A DNA stretch of 64,000 nucleotides from Methanocellales archaeon (GTDB lineage Archaea > Halobacteriota > UBA148 > JAUWXC01): the NCBI GenBank assembly GCA_030018435.1, contig JASEEY010000001.1, forward strand, positions 83,641 to 147,640, in the 5' to 3' direction. Positions 57,364 to 64,000 of the stretch are shown here, in pieces. Each line of letters begins with the position of its first letter. The first letter of the stretch is position 1. The notes under the pieces are model-generated. The model saw nothing but the letters and a program-made list of their open reading frames with translations. It ran no database searches and was not told the DNA's origin. The translations under genes were made by a program, and so were the position numbers.

Positions 57364-59334
57364 ATGCAACTAACGTTATTCGCACCCATTATTAGCATAG
57401 CTGGCCTGATATTCGCTGCATTGTTAGCGCTGCGCGTTCTTAAAGAAGACATAGGAACGCCCAAGATGAAGGAGATTTCTGAAGCGATCCAGGAAGGGGC
57501 GATGGCGTTTTTAAACAGAGAGTACAAGACCATAGCGATCTTTGTCGTTGTGGTGGTAGCGGCAATCTTTGCAATAATAGATGCCAAGACGGCACTGGCG
57601 TTCGCCATTGGTGCACTCCTCTCGGCGTTGGCGGGAAACGTAGGCATGAGAGTCGCCACCAAGTCTAATGCGAGAACTGTCAATGCATGCAAGAAGAGTC
57701 TGAACGACGGGTTGAGGGTTGCATTTTCAAGTGGTGCGGTAATGGGACTATCGGTTGTGGGCCTTGGGCTACTGGGTGTCAGCGTTTTATATTACGTTTT
57801 CAGGGACCCTGGCATACTTTTCGGCTTCGGTTTTGGTGCCAGCTCCATTGCGCTTTTCGCCAGGGTAGGGGGCGGGATATACACCAAGGCCGCCGACGTA
57901 GGAGCGGATTTGGTTGGAAAAATCGAAGTGGGTATTCCCGAGGACGATCCTAGGAACCCAGCAGTCATTGCGGATAACGTTGGAGATAACGTCGGCGACG
58001 TAGCCGGCATGGGTGCAGATCTGTTCGAATCATACGTGGATTCCATCATCGCGGCGATGGCGATAGGCATCGTCGCGTACACTTCGTTTAAGCCTATGGC
58101 GTACACTGCAGAACTTCCGCTAGTGTTAGCAGCTGTGGGAATTTTTGCATCGATTGTTGGAACGTTCTTCGTGGGGGTTGGCAAGAGAGCGAACCTGCAC
58201 GCTGCACTTAACAAGGGCATATTTGCGAGCACCATTCTAATGGCGATCATGGCATACTTTGTGATCAAGATCATCATTGGCGACGTTGGCGTATTTTATG
58301 CAACGCTTGCCGGTTTGATTACAGGGATTTTAATCGGGCTAATCACGGAGTACTACACCTCCTCCGAAAACGCGCCGACGAGAGCAATTGCACACTCCTC
58401 GCAAACGGGTGCTGCAACTAACATCATCAGCGGACTGTCGATCGGCATGCAGAGTACAGTGGTGCCAATTGTTGCTGTATGCGTTGCCATCTTGCTTGCG
58501 CACCACTTCGCTGGATTGTATGGAATTGCGATTGCTGCTGTGGGAATGCTCTCCACATTGGGAATAACGCTCGCTGCCGATACATACGGGCCGGTGGCGG
58601 ACAATGCCGCAGGAATTGCAGAGATGGCGCATATGGGAAAAGAGATAAGGGAGAGGGCTGAAGCACTGGATGCGGTGGGAAATACAACCGCTGCTATTGG
58701 AAAGGGCTTTGCCATTGGCTCTGCTGCTCTTACTGCTCTAGCGCTATTTGTGACGTATTGTGCTGCCACCAATCTTCGGGGCATCGACATAATGAATCCA
58801 AGGGTTATAGTGGGCCTGTTCATAGGAGGTCTGCTGCCATTTTTGTTCTCCTCCATTACGATGAGGGCCGTCGGGAGAGCGGCATTTCAAATCGTTAACG
58901 AGGTGCGCAGGCAATTTAATGAAATCCCCGGTCTGATGGAGGGAAGGGCAAAACCAGATTATGCGAGATGTGTTGATATAAGTACGAGTGCGGCGCTGAA
59001 GGAAATGGTTGCTCCTGGCATATTGGCTGTTATAGCACCGATTGCCATAGGATTGACGCTTGGTGCAGAAGCGCTTGGCGGTCTGTTGACTGGCGCGATA
59101 GTCACGGGGTTTTTGCTTGCAGTCACGATGGCTAATGCTGGTGGCGCCTGGGATAACGCGAAAAAATACATTGAGGCTGGAAATTTGGGCGGCAAGGGCT
59201 CTCAGACGCATAAAGCTGCGGTAGTAGGTGATACGGTGGGCGATCCATTCAAAGACACATCCGGTCCATCACTGAACATCTTAATCAAGCTGATGTCTAT
59301 TGTCGCATTAGTCTTCGCTCCGTTGTTCATCTGA
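57364..59334 (+). CDS. hppA: Membrane-bound proton/sodium-translocating pyrophosphatase
   Basis: 16-TM H+-PPase with motifs [26 protein letters not shown] and …[16 protein letters not shown]…. Confidence 0.9.
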   Translation: MQLTLFAPIISIAGLIFAALLALRVLKEDIGTPKMKEISEAIQEGAMAFLNREYKTIAIFVVVVVAAIFAIIDAKTALAFAIGALLSALAGNVGMRVATKSNARTVNACKKSLNDGLRVAFSSGAVMGLSVVGLGLLGVSVLYYVFRDPGILFGFGFGASSIALFARVGGGIYTKAADVGADLVGKIEVGIPEDDPRNPAVIADNVGDNVGDVAGMGADLFESYVDSIIAAMAIGIVAYTSFKPMAYTAELPLVLAAVGIFASIVGTFFVGVGKRANLHAALNKGIFASTILMAIMAYFVIKIIIGDVGVFYATLAGLITGILIGLITEYYTSSENAPTRAIAHSSQTGAATNIISGLSIGMQSTVVPIVAVCVAILLAHHFAGLYGIAIAAVGMLSTLGITLAADTYGPVADNAAGIAEMAHMGKEIRERAEALDAVGNTTAAIGKGFAIGSAALTALALFVTYCAATNLRGIDIMNPRVIVGLFIGGLLPFLFSSITMRAVGRAAFQIVNEVRRQFNEIPGLMEGRAKPDYARCVDISTSAALKEMVAPGILAVIAPIAIGLTLGAEALGGLLTGAIVTGFLLAVTMANAGGAWDNAKKYIEAGNLGGKGSQTHKAAVVGDTVGDPFKDTSGPSLNILIKLMSIVALVFAPLFI

Positions 59335-59446
59335 GTACCCAAAACTTGATATTTAGTAAAATCGATTTAGGTGCGGGTACGCATTCGCTTTGCGAATGCT
59401 TAAGCCAAAGGCGTATGCGCAGCTTAAACGGAGTGTGTGAATAGAG

Positions 59447-60928
59447 ATGGTCGCCTTATTCAAGGGTATAAGGTTTTTTGACACCACACTCAGGGATGGA
59501 GAGCAGACACCCGGTGTTTCGCTGACAGCAGAGGAGAAGCTCTGGATTGCCAGGAAACTCGATGAGTTAGGAGTTCATGTCATCGAAGCCGGCTCTGCGA
59601 TTACATCTGAGGGTGAGAGGGCATCGATCAAAGCCATTGCAAATGAAGGTCTGCATGCAGAGATATGCAGTTTTACTAGAGTCTTGAAAAACGATATAGA
59701 CCTAGCCCTGGAATGTGACGTGGATTCCGTGCACCTTGTCGTGCCGGTTTCGGACCTGCACATCAAGCGAAAGCTGAAGAAGGACAGGAAAACGGTAAAA
59801 CAAATGGCTGTTGATGTTACGGAATATGCCAAGGATCATGGTTTGATCGTTGAGTTAAGCGGAGAGGATGCATCGAGGGCGGATTTGGACTACCTCATGT
59901 CATTATACAAAGAGGGAATATCTGCTGGCGCAGATAGGATATGCTTCTGTGATACTGTCGGCGTACTGATCCCGGAGCAGACTGAAAAGATATTTACCAG
60001 GCTGAAAACTTTGTCTGTACCAACAGGCATACACTGTCATGATGATTTCGGGCTGGCGACGGCAAATTCGATTGCGGCGTTGCGTGCCGGAGCGCAACAA
60101 GTGCATGTAACCATCAACGGCCTTGGCGAACGCGCAGGAAATGCTTCCCTAGAAGAGGTTGTGATGACGTTGGAAGCGCTGTACAACTATAAAACGGGCA
60201 TAAGTACCAAAGCCCTATATACCACCTCCAGGTTAGTAAGCAGACTGACCGGTGTGCCGGTTGCGCGTAACAAAGCCATCGTTGGAGATTATGCATTCAC
60301 GCATGAATCCGGCATTCACACACACGGGATATTGGCATCTCCAAAGACATACGAGCCCATAGCACCGGAAAAAGTTGGCAGAACGAGGAAGATCATACTC
60401 GGTAAGCATACAGGAAAAAGCTCTGTTAGGATGGCGTTAAAGGAACTTGGACTAGGGGCGAGCGAAGAGCAGGTAAGCGAGATCGCAAACAGAATCAAAG
60501 AACTGGGCGACAAAGGGAAAAGGGTTACGGATACAGACTTACAAGCAATCGCTGAAGCGGTGTTGGGAATCTATAGAGAGGCCAAGGTGAAACTGGACGA
60601 GCTGACCGTCGTATCTGGAAACAAGGTCACGCCAACTGCATCGGTTAAGTTGGTGGTGAATAATAAGGATGTGACGGAGTCTGGCACCGGTGTCGGTCCC
60701 GTTGATGCGGCGATAAATGCGCTGCGTAGAGCGATAGCTGGCATAGCGGATATACAATTGGAGGAGTATAGGGTCGAAGCCATCACTGGTGGCACAGATG
60801 CATTGGTGGAGGTGTGGGTCAAACTGAGCAAGGATGGGAAGATGATCACTGCAAGGGGGGCAAGAGAGGACATCATCATGGCATCTGTGGAAGCCGTACT
60901 CGAAGGAATTAATCGATTGATGGAGTGA
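59447..60928 (+). CDS. leuA: 2-isopropylmalate synthase / (R)-citramalate synthase family
   Basis: [24 protein letters not shown] and the LeuA-dimer C-terminal regulatory domain; 493 aa. Confidence 0.85.
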   Translation: MVALFKGIRFFDTTLRDGEQTPGVSLTAEEKLWIARKLDELGVHVIEAGSAITSEGERASIKAIANEGLHAEICSFTRVLKNDIDLALECDVDSVHLVVPVSDLHIKRKLKKDRKTVKQMAVDVTEYAKDHGLIVELSGEDASRADLDYLMSLYKEGISAGADRICFCDTVGVLIPEQTEKIFTRLKTLSVPTGIHCHDDFGLATANSIAALRAGAQQVHVTINGLGERAGNASLEEVVMTLEALYNYKTGISTKALYTTSRLVSRLTGVPVARNKAIVGDYAFTHESGIHTHGILASPKTYEPIAPEKVGRTRKIILGKHTGKSSVRMALKELGLGASEEQVSEIANRIKELGDKGKRVTDTDLQAIAEAVLGIYREAKVKLDELTVVSGNKVTPTASVKLVVNNKDVTESGTGVGPVDAAINALRRAIAGIADIQLEEYRVEAITGGTDALVEVWVKLSKDGKMITARGAREDIIMASVEAVLEGINRLME

Positions 60929-61330
60929 AATTCGATGGAAGTGATTAAGTTATGAGCCTATGTAATCGATGCAATCTAAAAGACAGTTCATGTACTTTAC
61001 ATAAGGATATAATCGTTGTAACATGCGGTCGGTTCGTTCAAAATCCTCAAGATATTGTAGCTGTTACAGATGTCAGTGAACCACACAAGATAGTAGAAGA
61101 AAGTGAAGAATCCTCACAATACCTCGTTACAGGTGTCAAACCAATCGGCTTAATACAAATACCCAAAATCGACGAGTCTGAACTTCGAAAAAGAGAGAAA
61201 AAAGAATATTAGATGACATCGAAAAAGGACGAGGAGGTCCAGATATCGTAGGGCTTAAAAAGATGTATGGTCAGGAAGATTCTCAATTGATAAAAGATGC
61301 AAAGAAAGAGTTAATGAAGGGGTAAAAGCA

Positions 61331-63015
61331 GTGGCAAAGAAGCAAAAAATGAGCGGTGCAGAGGCGTTCATCGAGTGTCTGCATGAGGAGCGCGTTGAGG
61401 TGATCTTTGGATTGCCAGGAGGGGCGATACTGCCGATATACGATGAGCTGTATGATTCGGACATAAGGCACATCCTCGTGAGACATGAACAGGCGGCGGC
61501 ACATGCTGCGGATGGATATGCAAGGGCGACGGGACGAGTTGGGGTATGCATGGCAACCTCTGGCCCAGGTGCTACGAATCTGGTTACGGGGATAGCGAAT
61601 GCGTACATGGATTCCGTGCCCATAGTCGCATTCACAGGACAGGTTCCCACAAGTATGGTAGGTAATGACGCGTTTCAAGAGGCCAACATCACAGGCATCA
61701 CACTTCCAATCACCAAACACAATTATCTCGTGAAAGATGCTAAGATGCTGCCTGATATCATAAAGGAGGCATTCTATATCGCCTCAACAGGGCGGCCAGG
61801 TCCTGTGCTGGTGGATTTGCCAAAGAACGTTCAAACAGAGGAAACTGAATTCGAATACCCCAAGAGCATCCAGTTGAGAGGGTATAAGCCAACATCAAAA
61901 GGACATCCACTGCAGATTAAGAGAGCTGCCAAGGCTATAACGGAGGCCGAACGACCGATCATCTACGCAGGAGGAGGAGTTGTGATTTCTGGAGCCCACG
62001 CGGAGCTTCGCTCCTTGGCGGAGACTCTCATGGCTCCGGTGACTACAACGTTGCTAGGCATCGGTACATTTCCAGGTACACATCCCCTGTCGCTTGGAAT
62101 GGTTGGAATGCACGGCACGAAATATGCAAATTACGCGATGATGGAATCGGATTTGATCATAGCTATCGGAGCAAGATTTGATGACAGGGTGACTGGCCGA
62201 TTAGATAGCTTCGCGCCTAATGCGAAGGTCATTCACATCGATATAGACCCAGCCGAGATCAGCAAGAACGTTGCTGCACACATACCGATCGTCGGAGATG
62301 CCCAGAACATCCTAAAGGAGCTGATTAAAGAGCTAAAGCCGAAGCCTAAATCAAAGTGGAGCGAAAAAATCGAAAAATGGAAAAAGGAGTTTCCGTTGGA
62401 GTATGACAGGAAGAGCAAGGAGCTTAAGCCCCAATATGTGGTCGAGCAAATTTATGATCTCTGTCCGGACGCCATCATCACCACCGAAGTAGGTCAGAAT
62501 CAGATGTGGGCAGCTCAGTACTTCAAATTTACCAAGCCGCGCACGCTCATATCATCGGGCGGATTGGGCACGATGGGGTATGGATTCCCAGCCGCCATAG
62601 GCGCAAAAGTGGGCTGTCCAGATAAGACGGTCATTGACATCGCAGGGGATGGTAGCTTCTTGATGAATTCCCAGGAACTAGCGACCGCAGTCATCAATGA
62701 CATTCCGGTCAAGGTGGCAATTCTGAACAACAAGTTTTTGGGAATGGTCAGACAGTGGCAGGAATTGTTCTATGATAAGCGATATTCTGCCACACGTTTG
62801 GATACGAGCCCGAACTTCACGAAGTTGGCAGAAGCATATGGAGCACTTGGCATAGAGGTCACCAAGCCAGGTGAAGTGAGGTCTGCGATTGAAGATGCAA
62901 TCGATTCTGACAAGCCCGCAGTGATCGACTTCCAGATTACTCCAGAGGAGAACGTATTTCCCATGGTGCCTGCAGGGGCAGCTATAAATGAGATCATAGA
63001 TTATGGGGAGAAGAC

Positions 63016-63019
<4 letters not shown>
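61331..63019 (+). CDS. ilvB: Acetolactate synthase large subunit
   Basis: ThDP enzyme motifs (GAEAFIECL…GLPGGAILP; [14 protein letters not shown]). GTG start with an RBS; an alternative ATG lies at 61349. Confidence 0.9.

Positions 63020-64000
<981 letters not shown>

Noticed and set aside
60952-61212. 86-aa ORF in the AT-rich leuA-ilvB intergenic region.
   Set aside because: The region is AT-rich and promoter-like (it contains the GGCTTAAAAAG motif variant). The ORF has no RBS and no recognisable domain. I kept it out of the feature list as probably non-coding, though a small regulatory peptide cannot be excluded.

Overview
This window looks like euryarchaeal chromosome, probably a Methanosarcinales- or Methanomicrobia-like methanogen or relative. 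The evidence is O-phosphoseryl-tRNA synthetase (SepRS), class I LysRS, a membrane H+-pyrophosphatase, aIF5A/deoxyhypusine synthase, Pelota/ABCE1, leaderless or Shine-Dalgarno-led genes with TATA-like promoters, and about 50% GC. It is densely coding, roughly 75 genes on both strands, mostly housekeeping. These include four aminoacyl-tRNA synthetases (sepS, lysK, hisS, metG), a ribosome-rescue cluster (ABCE1, Rqc2/NFACT, Pelota), riboflavin genes (RbkR-like kinase/regulator, ribB, ribL), hisG-hisA-hisB, leuA/cimA-ilvB-ilvN-ilvC, a hypusine cluster (aIF5A, agmatinase, DHS), trehalose synthesis (otsA-otsB), a SAH-recycling pair (SAH/MTA deaminase plus an AhcY homolog), gap, nadK plus IMPase, and a heteromeric cis-prenyltransferase pair next to a DUF92 (VTE6-like) membrane protein. 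The accessory content I rate most interesting is as follows. (1) Two toxin-antitoxin cassettes sit immediately after the dCMP deaminase gene. Each is bounded by a direct repeat of the last ~68-85 bp of that gene, giving three copies in total, which looks like serial site-specific cassette insertion, an integron-like att array. (2) An archaeal Tad/Epd-like type IV filament assembly module: a MinD/TadZ-like ATPase, a TadA/FlaI-like ATPase, and two single-domain TadB/C-like platform proteins. (3) A GT4 glycosyltransferase beside otsAB that is split by a perfect 11-bp tandem duplication. (4) A tandem family of large GT-C-like polytopic membrane proteins that share a conserved C-terminal tail. (5) A HEPN/MNT pair. 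(6) A recurring ~20-nt intergenic motif (TACGCG-TAGCTTAAAC-GGAGTG) that overlaps two stop codons and is tandemly duplicated upstream of gap. (7) Two conserved coding regions, the Taw1 N-terminus and a small wHTH-like ORF, that lack any canonical start codon but have ATA at the expected position. I found no rRNA, tRNA or CRISPR array.
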